The position numbers were made by a program, and so were the translations under genes. A stretch of DNA of 64,000 nt, from assembly GCF_009914755.1 (NCBI RefSeq), contig NC_060947.1; one strand, 5' to 3'. The first letter of the stretch is position 1; each line of letters opens with the position of its first letter. The notes beneath the pieces are model-generated. The model saw only the letters and a program-made list of their open reading frames with translations. It was not told the origin of the DNA and did no database searches. The DNA is from the human T2T-CHM13v2.0 reference genome, Homo sapiens. Positions 41,590-54,059 of the stretch are shown here, piece after piece.

Positions 41590-42050
41590 CTTGCTCTACT
41601 TTTAACAAGAATATACTTTTATAGTTGCTTTATCCATAATAGCAAAAAACTGGAAACAACCCAAATGTCCATCAGTAAGACAATTTAAAAAATGGTATAT
41701 TCATACAAGGAATACTATTCACCAGTAAAAAGTAGCAAACTCTTCATATATGCAACAATATCAGGTTAATCTCAAAAGCATTATGTTAAGCAATAGGATT
41801 TGGACACAAAAGAGTATTTAATGTTTGCTTATATTCATATTAAGTTCAGGAACAAGCAAAACCATAGATGGTGACAGAAATTAAAATAGCAGTTGCTTAG
41901 GTGAAAATAATTAATTGGAAAGAACAAGAGGGAGCTTTCTCAGGTGATGAATATATTTTATATTTTGAACAGAGTCAGTAATTACTTGGATGTACACATT
42001 TTTCAAAAGTGATGCATTTTATTACATGTAAGTTTTACTTCATTAAAGCA
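41590..42050 (+). mobile_element. Old L1M (MC/MD/ME-type) 3' fragment
   Basis: ataatagcaaaaaactggaaacaacccaaatgtccatc...atctcaaaagcattatgttaag. Confidence 0.75.
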
Positions 42051-42182
42051 ATATTAAAATGCATTAACTTGTACACACATTTGTCTGTTTTAATATTTAG
42101 GTTATCCTCAAAACACTTAAAAGAAAATTTGAGATTTCTTGTTTTAAAAATTTTCATAGTGACTTTTATTTTTCTATTTTTT

Positions 42183-43910
42183 AACAATTTCAATTTTTAT
42201 TTTAGATTCAGGAGTACAGGTGCAGGTGTGCCACGTGAGTACATTGTGTGATGATGAGATTTGGCCTATCAATGATTCCATCACCGAGGTAGTGAGTATA
42301 ATACCCAAGAGTTAGTTTTTCAATTGTTTTCGCCTTCCCTTCCTTCTCCCTCTAATAGTTCCTAGTACCTATTGTTGCTGTCTTTATGTTCATGAGTTCT
42401 TAATGTTTAACTGTCACTTATGAGTGAGCATATGAGTTTTTTGGTTTTCTGTTTCTGTGTTAATTTGCTTAGGATAATGTCCTCCAGCTCCACCCATGTT
42501 GCTGCAAAGGACATGATTTCATTCCTTTGTATTGCTGTGTAGTATTCCATGGTGTATATGTGTCACATTTTCTTTATCCGATACACCACTGATTAGCACT
42601 TAGGTTAATTATATGTCTTTGCTATTGTGAATAGTGCTGCAGTGAACATACGAGTGCAAGTGTCTTTTTAGTAGAATGATTTGTTTTCTTTTGGATAAAT
42701 AACCAGTAATGAGACTGCTGTGTCAAATTGTAGGTCTGTATTACATTCTTTGAGATATCTCCAAACTATTACACAGCTTTACACAGTGTTTGAACTAATT
42801 TACATTCCCACAAACAGTGTATAAGCATTCCCTTTTCTCTGCAGCCTGGCCAGCATCTGTTGTTTTTTGACTTTTTAATAATAGCCATTCTGACTGGGGT
42901 GAGATGGTATCTTATTATGCTTTTGATTTACATTTCTCTGATGATTAGTGATGTGGAGCATTTTATTTCACACATTTGATGGCCTCTTATCTGTCTTCTT
43001 TTGAGAAGTGAAAGATCTCTACAAGAAGAACTATAAAGCTCTGCTGAAAGAAATAATATATGACCCAAACAAAAATGCAAAACATTCCGTGCTTATGAAT
43101 TGGAAGAATCAATGTTAAATTAAATTAAAAGGGCCCTACTGCCCAAAGCAATCTACAGTTTCAGCACTATTTCTACCAAACTACCAATGTCACTTTTTAA
43201 AGAACTAGAAAAAGCTATTCTAAAATTCATATGGAACCAGGAAAGTGCCTTAAGAGTCAAAGCCATCCTAAACAAAAAGAACAAAGCCAGAGGCATCACA
43301 TTACCTGACTTCAAACTATACTATAAGGCTACAGTAACCAAAACAGCGTGATATTGGTACAAAAATGAAAATGTAGACCAATGGAACAGGACAGAAAACT
43401 CAGAAATAAAGCCTCATGCCTACAGCCAACTGATCTTTGACAAAGCTGACACAAATAAGCAATGAGGAAAGAACTCCCTATAAATAAATGGTACTGAGAT
43501 AACTGACTAGCCATATGCAGAAGAAAGAAACTGGACCCCTACTTTTCACCATATACAAAAATTAACTCAAGATGGAATAAAGATTTAAATATAAGACCTC
43601 AAACTATAAGAATCCTAGAAAAAAAACCTAAGAAACATCATTCTGAACATCAGTATTGGGAAATAATTTATAATAAGTCCTCAAAAGCAATTGCAATGAA
43701 AACAAAAATTGACAAACAGGACTTAATTAAATTAAAGAGATTCTGCACAGTAAAGGAAACTATCAACAGCAAACAAAACCTAGAGAATTGGAGAAAATAT
43801 TCACAAACTATGCAACTAATAAAGATCTAATATTCAGGGCCTATAAGGAACTTAAACAATTCAACAATCAAAAATAAAAAACCTTATTAAAAAGTGGGCC
43901 AAAGACTTGC
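42183..43910 (-). mobile_element. L1PA15/16-like insertion with 5' inversion (42183-43010 minus, ~43005-43910 plus)
   Basis: Minus-strand 3' end, strand flip at gagaagtg|aaagatctctac; TSD TCTATTTTTT at 42173-42182 / 43911-43920. Confidence 0.88.
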
Positions 43911-45216
43911 TCTATTTTTTATGTTTGGCCACTGAGAACTTTTAGATCCCCACTCCTCTGTCTTGCCTCCCCAACAACCTAGATAAGAAGACTCACTCAG
44001 CCTCTGCATGACAGGAGGAATTTTAGATAGCACAACCTCTATCTGAGCATTAGGAGTCTCCCACACCAGCTTCACACCTTAATAACAAAAGAATTCAGAA
44101 GGCACCTCCAATTCACTACCTTTGCTTGCATTCTCATTGCACCTCTGAGTTAGCCCTTCCACTTCAGCTTGTTGTGACTACTAAATGTATTTTATTGAAA
44201 TTCATAGTTGAGTGTGTTGTTCCATTTGCCTCAACATATAAATATTCCTGGGTGGGTGTGTGATCATGCCCACTTCTGGGTAGACTAATGAAAACTGAAG
44301 AGTTCAGATTTTCATTTTTGAAAACTCCAGCATATCTTGCCACATTCTAATTTTAGTGAAGACAGCTTCCATTAGATGCAGACAATTCATGCACCCCCTT
44401 ACAGCTCTAATATGTCTTGCTGCTAGTTTTCTCATCCTCATTATGTATGTACTATGCATTTTCTTCATCTGGCCTGGTGACTTGTAGTATCCAACCATTT
44501 TTGTATTACATCTATCCTTTTCCTTTTGCCTTCGTTCAGCTGATAGCTATGAGTATCCTATACTCAGGTTCATATATTTCAATATGTATTCCAATCCAGC
44601 TTTTCCTTATTCATATTCCTTACATTCCTTTGAATTTTCTATCACTCTACCAAAAATAAGCCCCAATATACCTTTCACAGATTCTGTAGATGCTCCTCAG
44701 AGACAAGATTCAGGAGGCATAGTCTGGAAAGAGAAACCGGCTCCTAAATAATGAATTTTTTTTTTCTCAAAATGTGAAAATTTGTCTTTCCTAACATTTA
44801 GTCATTCCTGTTTCTGCATTGCAATGCTATTTTGGTCTGGGTCTTGTGAATGGGTGTTCAGACTGTCATTTTAATTTAGCACCATCATTGCTATAGAGCA
44901 GCTGTCCAGAATTCATATTTCTAAAGGATTTTTTTAAAAACAACTATTTCTAAATAGATAGAAGTTCTGCATGCTACGATGACAACAAAAATCTCTGTGT
45001 GCTTGTACAAGTTTTCTCCTTTGGATTTCTGTATTTTCAAATGTTTATAATACTTTTCAGGTTCAAAATAGTTTTATGCAATGGTTTGCTTTACATACAC
45101 CTACACACAAATACATATCCATGCACATAAGATTCTTCTCACCATTATCTACCTTCAGCATGGACCAGACATAAAAACATTGAAAACAACATCCTGTAGC
45201 ATCACTTAGGCTGTAG

Positions 45217-45374
45217 GGCTGCCAGATGCGGTGGCACATGCCTGTAATGCCAGGACATTGGGACACCAAGGTGAGAGGATCACTTGAGCCTCATACATAT
45301 GGAGGTCAAGATAAGCCTGGGCAACATAGTGAGACACCATCTCTACAAAAAAATAATTTTAAAAATCAGCTGGG
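45217..45374 (+). mobile_element. AluJ left arm, cut by an MST LTR
   Basis: gcggtggcacatgcctgtaat...gcctgggcaacatagtgagacaccatctctacaaaa...aaatcagctggg. Confidence 0.85.
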
Positions 45375-45771
45375 TGATATAGTTTGAATATTTGTCCCTG
45401 CCCAAATCTCATGTTGAAATGTAATCCCCAGAGTTGGAGATGGAGCCTAGCAAGAGGTATTTTGATCATGGGGGTGGATATCTCATGAATGGCTTGGGCC
45501 ATCCTCTTGATGATAAGTGAGCTCTTGCTCTGAGTTTATACAAGAACTGGTCATTTAAAAGTGTGTGGCACCTCCCTCTCCACTTTCTTGCTTCTGTTCT
45601 GGCCATGTGATATGCTTGCTTCCCACATGCCTTCCACCATAATTGTAAGCTTCCTGACGCCTCCCCAGATTCCAAGCCAATGCCAGCACGATGTTTCCTA
45701 TAAAGCCTGCAGAACCTTAAGCCAATTTATCCTCTTTTCTTTATAAATTACCCAGTCACAGGTATTCCTTT

Positions 45772-46498
45772 TAATATGGTTTGGCTGTGTCCCCACCCAA
45801 ATCTCAACTTGAATTGTACCTCCGAAAATTACCACATGTTGGATGAGGGACCCAAGGGGACATAATTGCATCATGGGGGCTGGCCTTTCCTGTGCTATTC
45901 TTGTGATAGTGAATTAAGTCTCACAAGATCTCATGGGTTTATCAGGGGCTTCTGCTTTTGCTTTTTCCTCATTTTTCTCTTGCCACTGCCATGTAAGAAG
46001 TGCCTTTCGCCCCCCGCCATGATTCTGAGTGTCACGCACGTCTGTGTGAAGAGACCACCAAACAGGCTTTGTGTGAGCAATAAAGCTTTTTAATCACCTG
46101 GGTGCAGGCGGGCTGAGTCTGAAAAGAGAGTCAGTGAAGGGAGATAGGGGTGGGGCCATTTTATAGGATTTGGGTAGGTATTGGAAAACTACAGTCAAAG
46201 GAGGTTATTCTCTGGCAGGCAGGGGCGAGGGTCACAAGGTGCTCAGTGGGGAAGCTTCTGAGCCAGGAGAAGGAATTTCACAAGGTAATGTCATCAGTTA
46301 AGGCAGGAACCAGCCATTTTCCCTTCTTTTGTGATTCTTCAGTTACTTCAGGCCATCTGGATGTATACATGCAGGCTTGGGCTCAGAGGCCTGACACTGA
46401 GGCCTCCCCAGCCATGTGGAACTATAAGTCCAGTTAAACCTCTTTTTCTTCCCAGTCTTGTGTATGTCTTTATCGCAGTGTGAAAATGGACTAATACA
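45772..46498 (+). mobile_element. THE1(A/B) solo LTR nested in the MST LTR
   Basis: taatatggtttggctgtgtccccacccaaatc...ggactaataca; 5-bp TSD CCTTT at 45767-45771 / 46499-46503. Confidence 0.92.
46030..46396 (-). mobile_element. HERV-H solo LTR (LTR7 family, short 367-bp variant) nested in the THE1 LTR
   Basis: Minus strand TGTCAGGCCTCTGAGCCCAAG...cctgtttggtggtctcttcacacagacgtgcgTGACA; TSD CTGAG at 46025-46029 / 46397-46401; TATAAAA (minus) at 46159-46165. Confidence 0.93.
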
Positions 46499-49400
46499 CC
46501 TTTACAGCAGTGCAAGAACAGCCTAATATAGAAAATTGGTACTGAGGAGTAGGGAATTGCAGTAAAGGTACCTGATGATGTGAAGGCAACTTTGGAACTG
46601 GGTAATGAGCAGAGGTTGGTGGACTCAGAAGAACACAGGAAGATGAAGTTAAGTTCAGAACTTCTTAGAGACTGGTTCAATGGTAGTGACCAAAATGCTG
46701 ATAGTGATATCAACAGTGAAGTCCAGGCTGCCAAGCTCTCAGATGGAAATGAGTAACTTATTGGGAATTGGAGCAAAGCTCACATGTGTTATAGCTGCAT
46801 TCTGTTCATGCCCTAGGGATCTGTGGAAGTTTGAACTCCATAGTAATAATTTAGGGTATCTGGCAGAAAAAATTTCTAAGCAGCAAAGTGTTCAAGATAT
46901 GGCTTGCCTGCTTTTAAGAATCTATGCTCAGATGCAAGAGCAAAGGAATGACTTAAACTTTGAACTTATATTTAAAAGGGAAGCAGAGTATAAAAGTTTG
47001 GAGAATTTGCAGTCCGGCCATGTGGCAGAATAAGAGAAAAACTTTTTTGAAGAGGAATTAAAGCAAGCTCCCCAGCAACCACTTGCCAGATATATTTGTG
47101 TAACTAAAAGGGAGCCAAGTACTAATATCCAAGACAATGGGAAAGACCTCAAGGCATTTTAGAGACTGTTGAGACAGCCCCTCCCATTACAGGACCAGAG
47201 GCCTAGGAGGGAAATAAGGTTTCATGGGCCAGGCCCAGGGCCTAACTGTCCTGTGCAGCCTTGGGACACTGCTTACCACATCCCAGCTGCTCTGGCTCCA
47301 GCCTCAGATCAAAGGGCCTCAGATACTGCTCATGGTCCCTGAATTTATAAGTCCATGAATTAAAAATATTCTGTGGGAAATGAGGGTTGCAGATCCCAAT
47401 CCATGGCCTCTACTTTGCATCTGATTGAATACATGAAATCTCAAAAAATGTAATCTGTTTCCTCAGGGAGTTCTCTGACTAGATTTGTGATCATCTTCAA
47501 GTCCTATGTGGTTAACAGTCACCAAGATATATTATTTGTGGACCCTACAAGGTTAATCCATGGATCAACTGACAAAATTGGGAGAAGAGAGCCCATCTAT
47601 TTCCTAGATAGCAAATGTGTGGATGCTTTGAACCATACTCACTTTGAGGTAGCCACAATTCAATTATCTTCTAAAGCCTAAAACTCTGTGTCTTTCATAA
47701 GTACTATCTTACCGTATGATGAACAGAAAACACCAACATTTTAAATCACAAATATTTATTAATGCCTTCCATGTGTGTAAAATATGGTAAAAGGCAATGC
47801 AATCCATATAATAAGTTTTGCCTTAGAAGTCACACTTCAAGAATGTGTTCCATAATAACCTGCGAATCTTTTAAGCTTTTTCTATTATCCTTGTTGATGT
47901 CAGATAGATGTACTAGATCAAGTAACGTTAAAGGCTTCAGAGGTGACTGCTAAAAATTTTCTTCTAATCCAAAAGGGAATCCCTGTCTAAAAATGAGTTT
48001 GGAAAGCCTCACTTATAATAAAAACAAGTTTATAGAAGTGACACTGAGATCATCCCACATCGCTAAGTAGATTTATTGGAGGGGAGAGAACTTGTGCTGC
48101 TTTCTAATTCCCCAAAACATGCTCTGGCTGATGTACTTAAAATTAGAATTGATTCAAATATTGCTGTGATCACATAATGTCAAAAGGCATAAAAATATTA
48201 CTAAGGCCCTCCTTCCCTGTTCTCTGTCAGCCCAAACAAATTCCCAGCCTCCATATCAATTTATGCTGCATCCATTATCTCTTACATTAGAAGATACCAA
48301 ACAGAAAAAAAGGAAAAACATATCTATTAGACTCAGCCCAGCTGGACTGAACTTCCAACATCTTTCCTTATATTTTGTTTAAAAATGACATTTGAGAATG
48401 CAGAAAATCATTTCAGGCAGTTCAATCCTTTCTTTATTTGTCCATTTATTTATTTGTTCAATTATGCATGTACTGTCCATCAAAACTTTGTTGAATGTCT
48501 TCTATTTGTCTGACTCTATGCTAAGTACTAAAAATACAAAGAAAATTTTTTTAAAAATGTAAGCACTGCTCAGGCAACTTCAGACCTCCTGTACTTAGTA
48601 TTTAATATGTGTATCTGCCTGTACCCAATCAGGTTATTGGCAATGCATATTTTAATGAGACTTATACTCAACATAGTATAAACTCTGAAAGATACCAGGT
48701 TTTTAATACAGCCAATTCCTCTTTGCTGATGTTGACAAACTAAGATTGACTTTTAATGTACATTTCAATATACGATACGTAGAAAAGCCATTGGGGAAAT
48801 ATATAGTCTTAACTGCTTAGCTGAAAGTTACCATCATGTCTATAAGAAATCACTATAGTCAGACATTTCTATCTCATACATGGTTAAATGTCTAGGAATA
48901 ATTTTACACAAATCTATAGTTTTTCTCAGAAGGAATTTATATGTATAGTTGTTAGTTTCATTATAATTATTACTATTATCAAGGACTCTCAGGAGGGAAT
49001 CTAAAAGTTTTGGCTGCCACACATTAAGCACAGCCACTTCCTTTAGCCCTCATATCAGCTGAGTTCACAATGTTAATGTGGTAAAGTTTCTGTGGTAGTA
49101 GGACAGTTATTCTACCGGAATATTTCATGGTGCCAGTCTAAGAATGGCAGCTGAAGGACTCAGTAGGTTAGTTGGGTATTTTTTCCCCGTCACTCTCAGG
49201 CCCTAAGGGCTTGACTGAATGATTGCATCATTCTAAGTAATGAAGTCCCTGGAGAACCTGTAGAAGGCAGCATTTGAAGATTTAAGGTTTCACTGCTCAA
49301 GATGTGACTGGATTGCTGACACAGAAAACTGATTTTAGGCCACTGACCTTCTGGCTTGGTGAGTACAGGAATAAAAACGTGGAAGGCTAACAAGATCTAC

Positions 49401-49839
49401 GTGTGTTCTGGGTGCAGTCAACTCCTAGTAACCAACATTTTAATTTTGACTTTTAACTCCACTGCATCCAAATAAATGATGTGTAAGTGATTACATAAAG
49501 TTATAGCATATTTTCTCCTCACTATTCACTTGGCAATGCTATAGTTATATCTTCACTATGGACAGCAACATGATATCTGTTTACTTACATTCCTAGAAGG
49601 ATATTGGTAGCTTATTATTTACACATGATACCGGCATGTTACCTGAAATCCATGGGCAGAATTACAATTTTACTAGAATAATTTCGGATGGCATAAAAAT
49701 TTTTCTCTGTGTTCTCTAAAACTGAACCATGGTTGTATAACCTTTGTTTTATTTCTAGGACCCAAACAGTTCCTGTGGTACTTCTCTTTCTTCCTTCTCA
49801 CTAGTGACAGTTGTAGTATCTCATAGGACCGTTTTTCCA

Positions 49840-50400
49840 AAAGACAAATGTTAACACATCATTTCCCCATTTCTCTCCCTACAGCCTAGGTTTCTCATTG
49901 CCCTCTGGATAAAGTCAAATTTTTTAACATGGCATGCAAGGCCCAAAACATTACAATTCCTATCTTTGGAAGTGTATTTTAGGCCTCTCTGTATCTTGCT
50001 TTCTCCACTCAGGCCATAGTGATCTTTGTATGGTTTTTGGAATATATCATGCTTTTTCCAGCCACATGAACTGTGAACATTCTGTTCTCTTTACTTGGAA
50101 CTTCCACAACATTCTCCTGATTAACTCTTGCTCACTTTTCATGAGTGACATCATTTCATGATGAAAATCTTCCTGAGCCCTCAGATAGGTAGTCTTCCTT
50201 TTTATATGGTTTCTTTAGACCCAGTACTTACAAGTATAGACCCAGTACTTATAATAACTTTGTGCCCTTGAACTCACTTTATAAAATATTTAAAACAATT
50301 TGCTCAATGTCTACTTTATAAGACTAAAAGCTTCATAATATCAGGGAATATACATTTTTGGTAAACAAGTGAATCTCCAACGCCTAGCACAATGTCTGAT
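49840..50400 (-). mobile_element. L2 LINE relic
   Basis: tctcattgccctctggataaagtcaaa...acatggcatgcaaggccc...cctagcacaatgtctg. Confidence 0.6.
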
Positions 50401-50657
50401 ATCATTTTAATTGGTCTATTTCATATAAATACCATAGGACTCCAAAAATGAACTACATATTTATTTAAATCCAAGTCAATGTCAGCCCTGCCCCATGCCA
50501 CCACACAGCAGCAACTACATATATCACGTCACATATCTATGTGTACGAAATATCTAAGGAAAACTTATATAAAATAATATTCTATGTAGCTGTTTTATAA
50601 ATTTAAGACTTTTAGTCTCAGAAAAGTGAGAAGAAATAAAATGTAATGAGACTCTGT

Positions 50658-50850
50658 GTACTGTAGTGGTTAAGAGTGTAGATTCAAGAACCACACAATC
50701 TGAGTTTGAATCATAGTTCTGTCATTTACTTGCTGCATAAACTAAGGAAGGGTACTTAATATTGTTACACCTCCCTTTGGCTGTAAAGCACTCAATAATA
50801 GTACCTATCTTATACATTGCCTATGATGATCAAATAAGGTCTATTATTTG
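50658..50850 (+). mobile_element. MIR SINE
   Basis: gtagtggttaagagtgtagattc...ctgagtttgaatcatagttctgtcatttact. Confidence 0.7.
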
Positions 50851-51535
50851 GCAAGAGGCAGATGCTCTCTAAGTTGCTTTTATCACATTTTTAGTATCAC
50901 CCAATTTGGCATTTTGTCGTTATTATTTTATGGTTGTTTTGTAGGTTTTATTTCTGTTTTTATGTTTTGGAGTGGGTTGGAGTAGTCCTCATGGACCAAT
51001 AAATCAGCTAATGATGTATACACAAATAAGTCATTCTGAAAGTTGTCAAAAACAAGGTTGTGGGAATTCCAGAAAAACGGAGAACTAATTGTAACGTGTT
51101 ATTTCACATGGAAACATAAATAATCTGAAATATCTCAAGAAATTAATGACAAGATTTAAGAAGATAAAAAATTAAGAGATTTTACAAACTGCAGTACAGC
51201 ATTAATGGCTAAATTGATCTCCAACTTAAAGACTTGAGGCTTAACATATATACATTCAAAACAAAATGACAGATACAAATTAAATAACATAAATGGAATG
51301 ATAATCAGAGACATTTCAGGAAAAGTTTTATGTTTGCATAGCAATAAGGTAATTATGCCTAGTTACACCATCAAAACATTATTAACACAAATGGAAGAAA
51401 ACCAAATGATAAAGAGAAATACAAGAGCCTTGGTCACAGTCTAGACATAGTTTCAATTAACTATGTTATTAATGGGAATGAGCTAAAAGTAACCAATACC
51501 TTACTCTCAACCACCTGAAACAGACCATTGGAGAT

Positions 51536-51537
<2 letters not shown>

Positions 51538-51570
<33 letters not shown>

Positions 51571-51573
51571 AGA
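51538..51573. repeat. (CA)n(GA)n microsatellite
   Basis: About 15 CA units followed by gagaga. Confidence 0.95.
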
Positions 51574-52644
51574 AAGAAATTTGACTCACCTTTATTATTT
51601 CACCTAACTCTGGGGCAGAAGTACTAAACTGACCAGAAATGCAGGTGGTTATTTTCCAGTTGTATGGAAAGTATATTTTAAGCTAATCAGAGCTAGAGTT
51701 CACTTGTGCCATGCCCCAGTTAGTTTCTACTTTCATTCAGAACCCGCATATACAGGAATGTTGTTTGGGGAAGTACAGGAGAAATGGATTAACGTAAGTG
51801 CATACTGGAATGTGATTACAAGGAGAATATTGTAAACAAGGAAGAAGATTGGAAGAACACTGGGAGACTTTGTATTGTGGATGAAGATTTGCAAACACTG
51901 TTCAATTTAAAATGACATCTTATTCTCAAGTTTAGTAAAAAAAAAATGAGAGCTGTAACTAGATATTATCCAAATTTATTTGAATATGATCCAAATAAAT
52001 AAATAAATTGCAAATTGATCTATGGCCTGAGTGAACTGAATTTCTTGTCTAGCTGTGAAATGAGAAAGATGCCAGCCCCTAAATAGACAGTAAAGGAAAT
52101 TAGAGAAACCACATTTATCGTATCTTCTAATAAACATCATGCTTAGATTCACATCTACTGAACCAAGCTTGAATTTTTAAAAACTGATATGGCGCTTCTG
52201 AAAAGATCTGGAAGCAAGAGAGAAAGGAAACTTTACCATAATAACTCAGAAGAAAACATAGATCTCGAAATATTATTTTTGTGATAAGAAGTGCATGAAT
52301 GTTTTAGAATATATATGCTTATTATCCTCAGTGGTAGACAATAAAATAGAGTTTCTTAGAGAGATTTAAGAAGAGAATAGATCAACATTAAAGTAGAAAG
52401 GCAAAGAAATTTGACTAAAATAGTAAAATAATACAGGGAAGTGCAAATTATAATAGGAATTTTAAAATTCGTATTATAGGTAGCAAATAGATGCAATATG
52501 AACAGAATAGACACAGGATAAAATCAAATCAGTAACATGAAGAACATTCCTCATACAAGAAGCGAGAAGACATTGACACAATACCTTGAGCAGTAATTCT
52601 AAATATCTTGGGGATTGTGGTCATGTTTCGGAAGTTAATAAAAT

Positions 52645-53982
<1,338 letters not shown>

Positions 53983-54059
53983 CTAATCTTTAAAAATTTG
54001 TACTGATATTATTCTCATTGGAAGATGTGGCACTGAACAGATAAAAATAAAAAACAACA

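Larger units (their letters stand above)
45375..47338 (+). mobile_element. MSTA/MSTB 5' LTR (45375-45771 + 46504-46530) plus truncated MST internal region (46531-~47338)
   Basis: tgatatagtttgaatatttgtccctgcccaaatctcatg; LTR end cagcctaatata then gaaaattggtactgagg internal start. Confidence 0.88.
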
